Below, piece after piece: positions 15,098 through 28,707 of a stretch of 32,000 nucleotides of DNA. The stretch covers positions 180,001-212,000 of the forward strand of contig NC_008340.1 in the NCBI RefSeq assembly GCF_000014785.1, written 5' to 3'. The stretch's first letter is position 1; the number at the start of each line of letters is the position of its first letter. Under the pieces are notes generated by a model that saw nothing but the letters and a program-made list of their open reading frames with translations, made no database searches and was not told the DNA's origin. The DNA is from Alkalilimnicola ehrlichii MLHE-1. Its GTDB lineage: Bacteria > Pseudomonadota > Gammaproteobacteria > Nitrococcales > Halorhodospiraceae. The position numbers and the translations under genes are program-made.

Positions 15098-15201
15098 GGA
15101 TTGAGGCTAGTTCAGTTCGATCGGCAATACGATAGTATGAGGCACCTTTCTACTATACCTTGCCGGCGAACGGGAACGGCCCCTGCCACCGTCACAGCCC
15201 C

Positions 15202-15281
15202 CCGTCACTGCGAGGAGGCGGAGCCGACGCGGCAGTCTACCGCTCTGGATCGCCACGGCGCTGCGCGCCTCGCGATGACGG
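15202..15281 (+). repeat. Repeat unit U, copy C1 (second hairpin carries compensatory changes)
   Basis: Same as the consensus, except that gggccttcggccc is replaced by ggcgctgcgcgcc (15257-15269), which still forms a 5-bp stem. Confidence 0.9.
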
Positions 15282-15310
15282 GTGGAGGGCACGTGCTGTC
15301 ACAGCCCCCC

Positions 15311-15390
15311 CCGTCACTGCGAGGAGGCGAAGCCGACGTGGCAGTCTACCCCTCTGGATCGCCACGGGCCTTCGGCCCTCGCGATGACGG
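15311..15390 (+). repeat. Repeat unit U, copy C2
   Basis: ccgtcactgcgaggaggcgaagccgacgtggcagtctacccctctggatcgccacgggccttcggccctcgcgatgacgg. Confidence 0.9.
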
Positions 15391-15418
15391 GGGGAAAGCC
15401 TTCGGCCCTGGCAATGAC

Positions 15419-15481
15419 AGGGGTGCCCCGTTCCTCGTTGATTCGGGCCCGCGCAGCGGGGCGGGGGGCTCGCGATGACGG
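15419..15481 (+). repeat. Repeat module V, copy 2
   Basis: aggggtgccccgttcctcgttgattcgggcccgcgcagcggggcggggggctcgcgatgacgg matches 11075-11135. Its tail gcgatgacgg (15472-15481) pairs with ccgtcatcgc (15493-15502). Confidence 0.85.
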
Positions 15482-15533
15482 GGCGGACGTTTCCGTCATC
15501 GCGGTGCCAAAGGGTGCGTTCTCCGGCGTTGGC

Positions 15534-20890
<5,357 letters not shown>

Positions 20891-21034
20891 ATCCGGGGCG
20901 GCCGGCATTAGGCCAGTGGGTCACCGGCCACGGATCTGGCAGTATCTGCCGGCACGGCCCTGGAGGGTCGGTGCCGGCACTGACATCCGGTAAGGGCCAT
21001 CAAACCGTTATTCCTGCAAGGACCTTCCATCACC

Positions 21035-21967
21035 GTGCGACTGGTGCTGCTGGCGCTGGTCTCGGTGCTCTTGATGACCCTGGATCACCGCCAGCAACTG
21101 GCCGATCCGGTCCGCCAGGGCCTGGCCGCGGTGGTCTGGCCGGTGCAGCAGGCGGTGAGTTTGCCCATTGAGGCCAGCCAGCGCCTGGGCGAGCATCTGG
21201 CCAGTCGCCAGCAGTTGGTGGACGAGAACCGCGAGCTGCGCCGGCGCTACCTGCTCGACCAGGCACGGCTCCAGCGTCTGCAGGCATTGGAGATGGAGAA
21301 CCAGCGGCTGCGTGACCTGCTCGGCTCCTCGGGGCAGCTCGGCGAGACGGTGCTCATCGCCGAGCTCACCCGGGTGGACCTGGATCCCTACTCCCACCTG
21401 ATCCAGGTGGACAAGGGCAGTGTCCACCAGGTGACCGTGGGTCAGGCGGTCCTCGACGCCGAGGGGGTGATGGGGCAGGTGGACCGGGTGGGCACCCACG
21501 GGGCGATGGTGCGATTGATCACCGACCCCAGTCACGCCATTCCGGTGGAGGTCAACCGCAACGGCCTGCGCACCATCGCCCTGGGCACCGGCGACCTGAA
21601 CCGCCTGGAATTGGGCAGCGTGCCCATCAATGCCGATATCCAGTCCGGCGACCTGCTGGTGACCTCCGGGCTGGGGGGTGTCTTCCCGCGCGGGTACCCG
21701 GTGGCCGAGGTGGAGCGGGTGGTGCTGGATCCGGGCGAGCCCTTCGCCCGGGTCAGCGCCCGCCCGCTGGCGGCCTTGGACCGCAGCCGGAAAATGGTAC
21801 TGGTTCAGGGGGGCGCTCTCGGCCGGATGCCGGACCTGCCGGCGGTGGAGGCTCCGGCTGTGCCGTCGGCATCCGAACCGGCCCCAGCCCCAGGGGCGGT
21901 CCCGCCGGAGGAGGCCCCGGACGCCGCCTCCCCGCCGGCCGCTGTGCCGGGGGAGGAGGCGCAATGA
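21035..21967 (+). CDS. mreC: Rod-shape-determining protein MreC (the start may lie upstream at 20999; see findings)
   Basis: Coiled-coil region (ENRELRRRYLL...LEMENQRLRDLLG), beta-barrel domains (VTSGLGGVFPRGYPVA) and a Pro/Ala-rich tail. The stop overlaps the mreD start (ATGA at 21964-21967). Confidence 0.88.
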   Translation: MRLVLLALVSVLLMTLDHRQQLADPVRQGLAAVVWPVQQAVSLPIEASQRLGEHLASRQQLVDENRELRRRYLLDQARLQRLQALEMENQRLRDLLGSSGQLGETVLIAELTRVDLDPYSHLIQVDKGSVHQVTVGQAVLDAEGVMGQVDRVGTHGAMVRLITDPSHAIPVEVNRNGLRTIALGTGDLNRLELGSVPINADIQSGDLLVTSGLGGVFPRGYPVAEVERVVLDPGEPFARVSARPLAALDRSRKMVLVQGGALGRMPDLPAVEAPAVPSASEPAPAPGAVPPEEAPDAASPPAAVPGEEAQ

Positions 21968-22452
21968 ACCCGGCCATTCCCCGCGGCCGCTGGGTCATCC
22001 TCGCCAGTCTGGTGCTGGCGGGGATGCTGGTGATCGTGCCCATGCCCGATTGGGCGGTGCCGGCGCGGCCGCAATGGGTGGCCCTGGTGTTATTGTACTG
22101 GGCCATGGCGTTGCCCAGCCGGGTGGGGGTGACGGTGGCCTGGCTGGCCGGCCTGTTTCAGGATGCCCTGGTCGGCAGCCTGCTGGGCCAGCACGCGCTG
22201 GCCTTCGCACTGATCGCCTGGATCATCCTCAAGCTGCACCGGCGGATGCGCCTGATGCCCGTCTGGCAACAGGCGCTGACCATCCTGCTGCTGCTCTATG
22301 CAGTGCAGTTGGTGCTGTTCTGGGTCAATGGTTTTGTCGGCCGGCCGGTGCCCCCCTGGCAGGCCTGGCTGGCACCGGTGATTGGCGCGGCGCTGTGGCC
22401 CTGGGTCTTTTTCCTGCTGCGTACCGCGCGCCGCCATTTCGGCGTACAGTAG
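21964..22452 (+). CDS. mreD: Rod-shape-determining protein MreD
   Basis: 162-aa polytopic membrane protein immediately after mreC, with a 4-nt overlap. Confidence 0.88.
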   Translation: MNPAIPRGRWVILASLVLAGMLVIVPMPDWAVPARPQWVALVLLYWAMALPSRVGVTVAWLAGLFQDALVGSLLGQHALAFALIAWIILKLHRRMRLMPVWQQALTILLLLYAVQLVLFWVNGFVGRPVPPWQAWLAPVIGAALWPWVFFLLRTARRHFGVQ

Positions 22453-22460
22453 TGAGCGGA

Positions 22461-24353
22461 ATGCACCACTCCAAGGCCATCAAGGACGGTTCCACCGAGG
22501 CCCGTCAGTTCTTCCGCCGCGTCGTGGTGGCGGCGGTGGCCGTCTGTCTGTTCACCGGGGTACTGGTCAACCAGATGGTCAAGTTGCAGGTGCGCGATCA
22601 CGAGCACTACAGCACCCTCTCCCAGCAGAATCGCGTGCGCCTGCAACCGGTGCCGCCCACCCGGGGGCTGATCTACGACCGTAATGGCGTGCTCCTGGCC
22701 GAGAACCGCCCCTCCTATCGGCTGACGGTCACCCCGGAACAGGTGCGTGACATGCCGGCGCTGCTGGCGGCGCTGGGCGAGGTGGTGAGCCTGGATGAAG
22801 CGGAGATCAGCCGCTTCCAGCAGCAGCTCCAGCGCGCCCGGCGCTTCCACGAGGTGCCCCTGAAGCTGCGCCTGACCGAGGAGGAGGTGGCGCGGCTGTC
22901 GGTGCACCGTCACCGTTTCCCCGGGGTGGAGGTGCGGGCGCAACTCACCCGCCACTATCCCCATGGCGAACACATGGCCCATGTGCTGGGGTATGTGGGC
23001 CGGATCAGCGAGCAGGAACTCCGCCGCATCGACACCGCCAACTACGCCGGCAGCACCCACATTGGCAAGAGCGGTGTGGAGCGGGCCTACGAGAACCTGC
23101 TGCACGGGCGGGTGGGTTACGAGCAGGTGGAGACCAACGCCCTGGGGCGGGTGCTGCGGGTGCTGGAGCGCCACCCGCCGGAACCCGGCGTGGACCTCTA
23201 CCTGACCCTCGATAGTCGCCTGCAACGGGTGGCGGAGGCGGCGCTGGGTGACCAGCGGGGCTCGGTGGTGGCCATGGACGTCCACACCGGGGACATCCTG
23301 GCCATGGTCAGCCATCCGGGCTACGACCCTAACCTCTTCGTGGGCGGCATCAGTCACCAGCAGTTCCAGGCGCTGCAGAGTGCGGGCAGCCAGCCGCTGT
23401 TCAACCGCGCCATCCGCGGCCAGTACCCGCCGGGCTCCACCATCAAGCCCTTCGTGGCGCTGGCCGGCCTGCATCACGGCGAGACCAACGAGACCCGCCG
23501 GGTGCAGTGCTCCGGCCAGTTCTCCATCCCCGGAGACGACCGGGTCTACCGTGGTCGCTGGCACTCCAACGACGGCCTGCTGGCGCTGCGTGAGTCCATC
23601 GCGGAGTCCTGCAATATCTATTTCTACGATCTCGCCTACCGGATGGGCATCGACGACATGTCCGGTTTCCTCGCCGGGTTCGGCTTCGGTCAGCTCAGCG
23701 GCCTGGATCTCAACGGCGAACGGCGCGGAGTGCTGCCCTCGCGCGACTGGAAACGCGGCGCGCTGGGCGAGGGGTGGTACCACGGCGAGACCCTGCATAC
23801 CGGCATTGGCCAGGGCTACTTCTCGGTCACCCCGCTGCAACTGGCGGTGGCCACGGCGGTCATGGCCAATCGGGGCCAGGCGGTGCAGCCGCGCCTGTTG
23901 GCGCGCACCGGTGACGATGCCGAACCGCTCGAGGCCCCGCCGGCGGTGCCCGATCCGGAGGAGCGGGTCGTGGTGAGCGACGCCAGGCATTGGGATGCGG
24001 TGATCGAGGGCATGGAGATGACGGTGCATGGCCGCTTTGGCACCGCCCGGCGCATCGATGACGGGCTCGACTACCGGATCGCCGGTAAGACCGGCACCGC
24101 CCAGGTTTCGGCCCGGATGCGCGATGTGGACCACGAGGACCGCCCCTACCACCATCGCGACCACGGCCTGTTTGTGGCCTTCGCGCCGGCGGAGGCGCCC
24201 AGGATCGCGGTCTCGGTGGTGGTGGAGCACGGCGGCGGCGGGGGCCGGAGCGCGGCACCGGTGGCCCGGCAGGTGCTGGATGCCTACCTGAAGGGGCCGG
24301 TGGAAGCGGAGGTCGAGGTAGCGGCGGAGGTGAGCGAGCATGGCGGCGATTGA
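22461..24353 (+). CDS. mrdA: Penicillin-binding protein 2 (elongasome transpeptidase)
   Basis: True start is ATG 22461 (MHHSKAIKDG...). PRGLIYDRNG, active-site motifs STIKP and KTGTA. 630 aa. Confidence 0.93.
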   Translation: MHHSKAIKDGSTEARQFFRRVVVAAVAVCLFTGVLVNQMVKLQVRDHEHYSTLSQQNRVRLQPVPPTRGLIYDRNGVLLAENRPSYRLTVTPEQVRDMPALLAALGEVVSLDEAEISRFQQQLQRARRFHEVPLKLRLTEEEVARLSVHRHRFPGVEVRAQLTRHYPHGEHMAHVLGYVGRISEQELRRIDTANYAGSTHIGKSGVERAYENLLHGRVGYEQVETNALGRVLRVLERHPPEPGVDLYLTLDSRLQRVAEAALGDQRGSVVAMDVHTGDILAMVSHPGYDPNLFVGGISHQQFQALQSAGSQPLFNRAIRGQYPPGSTIKPFVALAGLHHGETNETRRVQCSGQFSIPGDDRVYRGRWHSNDGLLALRESIAESCNIYFYDLAYRMGIDDMSGFLAGFGFGQLSGLDLNGERRGVLPSRDWKRGALGEGWYHGETLHTGIGQGYFSVTPLQLAVATAVMANRGQAVQPRLLARTGDDAEPLEAPPAVPDPEERVVVSDARHWDAVIEGMEMTVHGRFGTARRIDDGLDYRIAGKTGTAQVSARMRDVDHEDRPYHHRDHGLFVAFAPAEAPRIAVSVVVEHGGGGGRSAAPVARQVLDAYLKGPVEAEVEVAAEVSEHGGD

Positions 24354-25491
24354 TCTGACCCGCAACCCGCTGGGCACGCGCAGCCGCCTGGGCACCAGTG
24401 GCCTGTCCCCGCTGCAGCGCTATCTGCACCTGGACGGCACCTTGCTGACGGCGCTGTTGCTGGTGGCGCTGTTCGGCCTGGCGGTGCTCTACAGCTCCTT
24501 TGGCGAGAACCCCGCCCAGGTGCAGAAGCAGCTCATCCGCCTCGGTATCGCCTTCTCCGTCATGCTGGCGATGGCGCAGATCCCGCCCAGTACCCTGCGG
24601 CGCTGGACGCCGTGGCTGTTCGCCGCCGGGGTGGTCATGCTGCTGGCGGTGATGGTGCTCGGCGTCATGGGCAAGGGCGCACAGCGTTGGCTGGACCTGG
24701 GGATCGTGCGTTTCCAGCCTTCGGAACTGATGAAACTGGCCATCCCCATGATGGTGGCCTGGTGGCTGGCGGAGCGTCCGCTGCCGCCGAACTGGCGTAG
24801 CATCGTCATCTGCGGCACGTTCATCCTCGTGCCCACGGCGCTGATCGCGCTGCAGCCGGACCTGGGCACCGCCGTGGTCACCGCGGCCTCCGGGTTCTTC
24901 GTGCTCTATCTCGCCGGGCTGCGCTGGCGCTGGATATTCGCCCTGCTGGCCCTGCTCGCCGCCGCTGCCCCGCTGCTCTGGTTCTTCGTCATGCAGGACT
25001 ACCAGCAACAGCGGGTGCTCACCTTCCTCAACCCGGAACGCGACCCGCTGGGTGCCGGCTACCACATCATGCAGTCGAAGATCGCCATCGGCTCCGGCGG
25101 GTTGTTCGGCAAGGGCTGGCTCAACGGCACCCAGGCCCACCTGGACTTCCTGCCCGAGCGGCACACAGACTTCGTCATGGCCGTGGTCAGCGAGGAGTTT
25201 GGTCTGGTGGGTGTGGTGCAGCTGCTGGCGGTCTATCTTTTCATCGTCGGCCGCGGTCTGTGGATCGCGGTCAACGCCCAGGACACCTGGAGCCGACTGG
25301 TGGGGGGCAGCCTGGCCCTTACTTTCTTCGTCTACGTGTTCGTCAACGCGGGCATGGTTTCCGGGCTGCTGCCGGTGGTGGGGCTGCCGTTGCCGCTGGT
25401 GAGTTTCGGGGGCACGTCACTGGTGACGGTGATGGCCGCTTTCGGTATTCTCATGTCCATACACACCCATCGAAGAATATGGTCATCCTGA
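24340..25491 (+). CDS. rodA: SEDS peptidoglycan polymerase RodA
   Basis: SEDS-family motifs (QPSELMKL, LQPDLGTA, HTDFVMAV, GLPLPLVSFGGTS). It overlaps mrdA by 14 nt. Confidence 0.93.
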   Translation: MAAIDLTRNPLGTRSRLGTSGLSPLQRYLHLDGTLLTALLLVALFGLAVLYSSFGENPAQVQKQLIRLGIAFSVMLAMAQIPPSTLRRWTPWLFAAGVVMLLAVMVLGVMGKGAQRWLDLGIVRFQPSELMKLAIPMMVAWWLAERPLPPNWRSIVICGTFILVPTALIALQPDLGTAVVTAASGFFVLYLAGLRWRWIFALLALLAAAAPLLWFFVMQDYQQQRVLTFLNPERDPLGAGYHIMQSKIAIGSGGLFGKGWLNGTQAHLDFLPERHTDFVMAVVSEEFGLVGVVQLLAVYLFIVGRGLWIAVNAQDTWSRLVGGSLALTFFVYVFVNAGMVSGLLPVVGLPLPLVSFGGTSLVTVMAAFGILMSIHTHRRIWSS

Positions 25492-25515
25492 ATAACTTAG
25501 CGGGTATTCTGTGTA

Positions 25516-26508
25516 ATGGACCTTAAGAAATCGTGGCTGGCCGCCGGCTTTGTCCTGCTGGCGGGGCTGGCGGCTCCGGTGCAGGCCGGGTTTTCGGACG
25601 ATGGCCTGGCCGCCTTCGCCGAGGAGGTCAGTCAGCGTCACGGTCTGGACCGGGCGCAGGTGCAGGCGTTGGTGGACGGCGCCGTCTTCCAGCAGGAGAT
25701 CATCGATGCCATCTCCAGTCCGGCCGAGGCACGTCCCTGGCGCGATTACCGGCCGATCTTCCTGACCGAGTCCCGCATCGAGCAGGGCGTGGAGTTCTGG
25801 GACCGGCACGCTGACCAGGTGGCGCGGGCGTCGGAGGCGTTCGGGGTCGCCCCCGAGGTGCTGGTGGCCATCATTGGGGTGGAGACCCGCTACGGCCGCC
25901 ATGCCGGCCGCCACCGGGTGCTGGACGCCCTGACCACCCTGGCCTTCGGTTATCCCCCGCGCGCCGATTTCTTCCGTCGGGAACTGGAGCAGTTCCTGTT
26001 GCTGGTGGACGAGGAGGGGCTGGACCCGACGGCGCTCAAGGGCTCCTACGCCGGTGCCATGGGCCTGCCGCAGTTCATCGCCAGCAGCTACCGCCACTAC
26101 GCGGTGGACTTCGACGGCAGCGGCCAGCGGGACCTGTTCGGTAACAAGGCCGACATCCTCGGCAGTGTGGCCAACTACTTCGACGCGCACGGCTGGCGCG
26201 CCGGGGAGCCGGTGGCGGTGCGTGCCACGGTGGCCGGCGAGGCCGGGTCCGAGCTGGCCAGTGCCACCCGCGGGCCCACCCGGACCCGGCACACCATGGC
26301 CGAGCTGGCCGCCGCGGGCGTCACACCCGAGCGCGACGTGGCGGATGACACCCCGGTGGCGCTGCTGGCGCTGGAGGGCGAGGACGGCCCGGAATACTGG
26401 GTGACCTTCCACAACTTCTACGTCATCACCCGCTATAACCACAGCGCCCTATACGGCCTGGCGGTGTTCCAACTGGCCGAGGCCATCCGGGAGGCGCGCG
26501 ACGCATGA
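25516..26508 (+). CDS. mltB: Lytic murein transglycosylase B
   Basis: Signal peptide, IIGVETRYG, GAMGLPQFIASSY and YNHSALYGLAV, as in the MltB family. Confidence 0.88.
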   Translation: MDLKKSWLAAGFVLLAGLAAPVQAGFSDDGLAAFAEEVSQRHGLDRAQVQALVDGAVFQQEIIDAISSPAEARPWRDYRPIFLTESRIEQGVEFWDRHADQVARASEAFGVAPEVLVAIIGVETRYGRHAGRHRVLDALTTLAFGYPPRADFFRRELEQFLLLVDEEGLDPTALKGSYAGAMGLPQFIASSYRHYAVDFDGSGQRDLFGNKADILGSVANYFDAHGWRAGEPVAVRATVAGEAGSELASATRGPTRTRHTMAELAAAGVTPERDVADDTPVALLALEGEDGPEYWVTFHNFYVITRYNHSALYGLAVFQLAEAIREARDA

Positions 26509-27479
26509 GACGGCTGATCCCTTTCGCCCTGCTCCTGGCCCTCTTTCTGACTGGCTGCTCCACGGTGAGTGGCCCTTCCGGCGAAGAGGGTGGGCCCTTC
26601 GCCGGCCGCAGCCCCGACGGTGGGCCGAGCAACCCGCCGGACCTCAGTCAGGTGCCGGACGCGGTGCCCCGGGACGAGCCCCGGGCCCGCTACGGTAACC
26701 CGGCCCGCTACGAGGTGTTCGGGCAAACCTATTACGTCAAGGACAGCGCCGAGGGCTACGACCAGGAGGGGATCGCCTCCTGGTACGGCACCAAGTTCCA
26801 CGGTCGCCGGACGTCCAGTGGCGAGCCCTACGACATGTACGCCATGACCGCGGCCCACCGCTCACTGCCCCTGCCCACCTACGCCGAGGTGACCAACCTG
26901 GATAACGGCAAGCGGGTGGTAGTGCGCATCAACGACCGCGGCCCCTTCGTGGACAACCGCATCATCGACCTGTCCTACGCGGCGGCCACCCGGCTGGACA
27001 TGGTGGATGCCGGCACCGCCCCTGTCCGGGTGCGGACCGTTACCGCGGCGGATTCCCTGCGTACCGCCCGCCCCGGGGACCGTGCGCCCGCCGGCGACGC
27101 GCAGGCAGCGTCCACCGTCCCCGATGATGACGGGGCGGACGCCGCGGGCCTCCCGGCGGTGGCGCTGCCGGAGGGCGAGCGGCTGGTGGTCACGTCGGGC
27201 GAGGACGCGCCCGAGGCCGCCGCCAATCCCTCCCGGGACAATGGGGCCGAGGCGAGTGGCCGTTACTTCCTGCAGCTCGGCGCCTTCGGCCAGGAGGCGA
27301 ACGCCCGCCGGCTGCGTGATGAGCTCGACGGCAAACTGAGCGCACCGGTGGCGGTGCATAGCGCCAACGGCGTGCACCGGGTGAAGGTCGGGCCGCTGGC
27401 CGACATGGGCGCGGTGGACCAGGCCCATGGCGAACTGGAACGCCAGGGCCTGCGGGACTTCCACCTGGTTGAGCGTTAG
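26505..27479 (+). CDS. rlpA: Septal-ring lytic transglycosylase RlpA (DPBB + SPOR)
   Basis: Lipobox LTGCS. DPBB core GIASWYG..FHGRRTSSGEPYDMYAMTAAHRSLPLPTYAEVTNLDNGKRVVVRINDRGPF. C-terminal SPOR domain (YFLQLGAFGQEANARRL). The ATGA overlaps mltB. Confidence 0.9.
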   Translation: MRRLIPFALLLALFLTGCSTVSGPSGEEGGPFAGRSPDGGPSNPPDLSQVPDAVPRDEPRARYGNPARYEVFGQTYYVKDSAEGYDQEGIASWYGTKFHGRRTSSGEPYDMYAMTAAHRSLPLPTYAEVTNLDNGKRVVVRINDRGPFVDNRIIDLSYAAATRLDMVDAGTAPVRVRTVTAADSLRTARPGDRAPAGDAQAASTVPDDDGADAAGLPAVALPEGERLVVTSGEDAPEAAANPSRDNGAEASGRYFLQLGAFGQEANARRLRDELDGKLSAPVAVHSANGVHRVKVGPLADMGAVDQAHGELERQGLRDFHLVER

Positions 27480-27550
27480 CCCACCGCCGGCCCGAACCCC
27501 CCGTGTACAATGCCCAACCCTGTCCAGACGATTGTGAGCGAGTTGCACCC

Positions 27551-28696
27551 ATGCGTCAGCTGATCCTTGCCTGCCTGCTGTTATTGCTGGTCCTGGTTTC
27601 CGGCGCCGCTGCCGGTCAGATCCCCATTCCCACACCGGCGGCGCCCTCCGTGGGGGCGGCGGCCCACGTGCTCATGGATGCTCGCAGCGGCCAGGTCCTG
27701 GCGGAGAACAACGCCGACGAGGCGCGTGACCCGGCTAGCCTGGTCAAGATGATGACCGCCTACGTGGTCTTTAGCGAGCTCCGTGAGGGCAACATCGATC
27801 TGGACGAACTGGTGACGGTGAGCGAACGTGCCTGGCGGACCCCCGGTTCGCGGATGTTCATCGAGCCCGGCGATAACGTCCGCGTGGGGGATCTGATCCG
27901 GGGCGTCATCATTCAATCCGGCAACGATGCCTGTGTGGCGCTGGCCGAGCATATCGCCGGCGATGAGCAGACCTTCGCCCAGGTGATGAACAGCTATGCC
28001 GAGCAGCTGGGCATGGAGAACACCTACTTTGCCAATGCCACCGGCCTGCCCGACGAGGCGATGAAGACCACGGCCCGCGACACCGCCCTCCTGGCCCGCG
28101 CCATCGTCCGTGACTTCCCCGAGTACTACGGCTGGTACTCCGAGCGCAGCTTCACCTGGAACGATATCCGTCAGTCCAACCGCAATCGTCTGCTCTGGCG
28201 CGACTCCAGCGTCGACGGGCTGAAGACCGGCCACACCAGCGCCGCCGGCTACAACCTGGCCGCCTCCGCCGAGCGCGAGGGCACGCGCCTGATCTCCGTG
28301 GTGCTGGGTACCGCCAGCGAGCAGGCGCGGGCGGATCAGACCCAGTCGCTGCTCAACTACGGCTTCCGTTTCTTCGAGACCCACCGGCTCTATGACGAGG
28401 GCGAGGAGCTGACCCGCACCCGGGTCTGGAAGGGCGATATGGAGGACCTCGGGGTGGGCATTGCCGATGAACTCTATGTGACCATCCCCCGCCGGCAGTA
28501 CGAGAACCTGGAGGCTCGCCTGCGCCTGGACGAGCCGCTGATCGCCCCGATCGAGGCCGGACAGCCGGTCGGCCGCCTGATCATCCGGCTGCAGGGGGAG
28601 GTGATGCACGAGGAGCCCCTGCTGGCGCGGGAGACCGTGGCCGAGGGCAGCCTCTGGCGCCGGTTGGTGGACGATGTCCTGCTGCGATTCCAGTGA
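27551..28696 (+). CDS. dacA: D-alanyl-D-alanine carboxypeptidase (PBP5/6 family)
   Basis: The start was moved to ATG 27551 (signal peptide MRQLILACLLLLLVLVSGAAAG). Motifs SLVKMMT (SxxK), SGND and KTGHT. Its position between rlpA and ybeD matches E. coli dacA. Confidence 0.88.
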   Translation: MRQLILACLLLLLVLVSGAAAGQIPIPTPAAPSVGAAAHVLMDARSGQVLAENNADEARDPASLVKMMTAYVVFSELREGNIDLDELVTVSERAWRTPGSRMFIEPGDNVRVGDLIRGVIIQSGNDACVALAEHIAGDEQTFAQVMNSYAEQLGMENTYFANATGLPDEAMKTTARDTALLARAIVRDFPEYYGWYSERSFTWNDIRQSNRNRLLWRDSSVDGLKTGHTSAAGYNLAASAEREGTRLISVVLGTASEQARADQTQSLLNYGFRFFETHRLYDEGEELTRTRVWKGDMEDLGVGIADELYVTIPRRQYENLEARLRLDEPLIAPIEAGQPVGRLIIRLQGEVMHEEPLLARETVAEGSLWRRLVDDVLLRFQ

Positions 28697-28707
28697 CCGG
28701 AGCGGCC

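Noticed and set aside
21678-22460. N-terminal extension of the 891-aa ORF that ends as mrdA
   Set aside because: It overlaps mreC and mreD out of frame and is R/P/A-rich nonsense. The PBP2 N-terminus with its TM anchor starts at ATG 22461.
22296-24395. 699-aa minus-strand ORF opposite mrdA. The same applies to 19844-20908 opposite mreB, 25483-26442 opposite mltB, 27581-28852 opposite dacA and 11261-11980 opposite the PilZ gene.
   Set aside because: All are antisense to genes with clear family motifs and have low-complexity, high-GC artefact composition.
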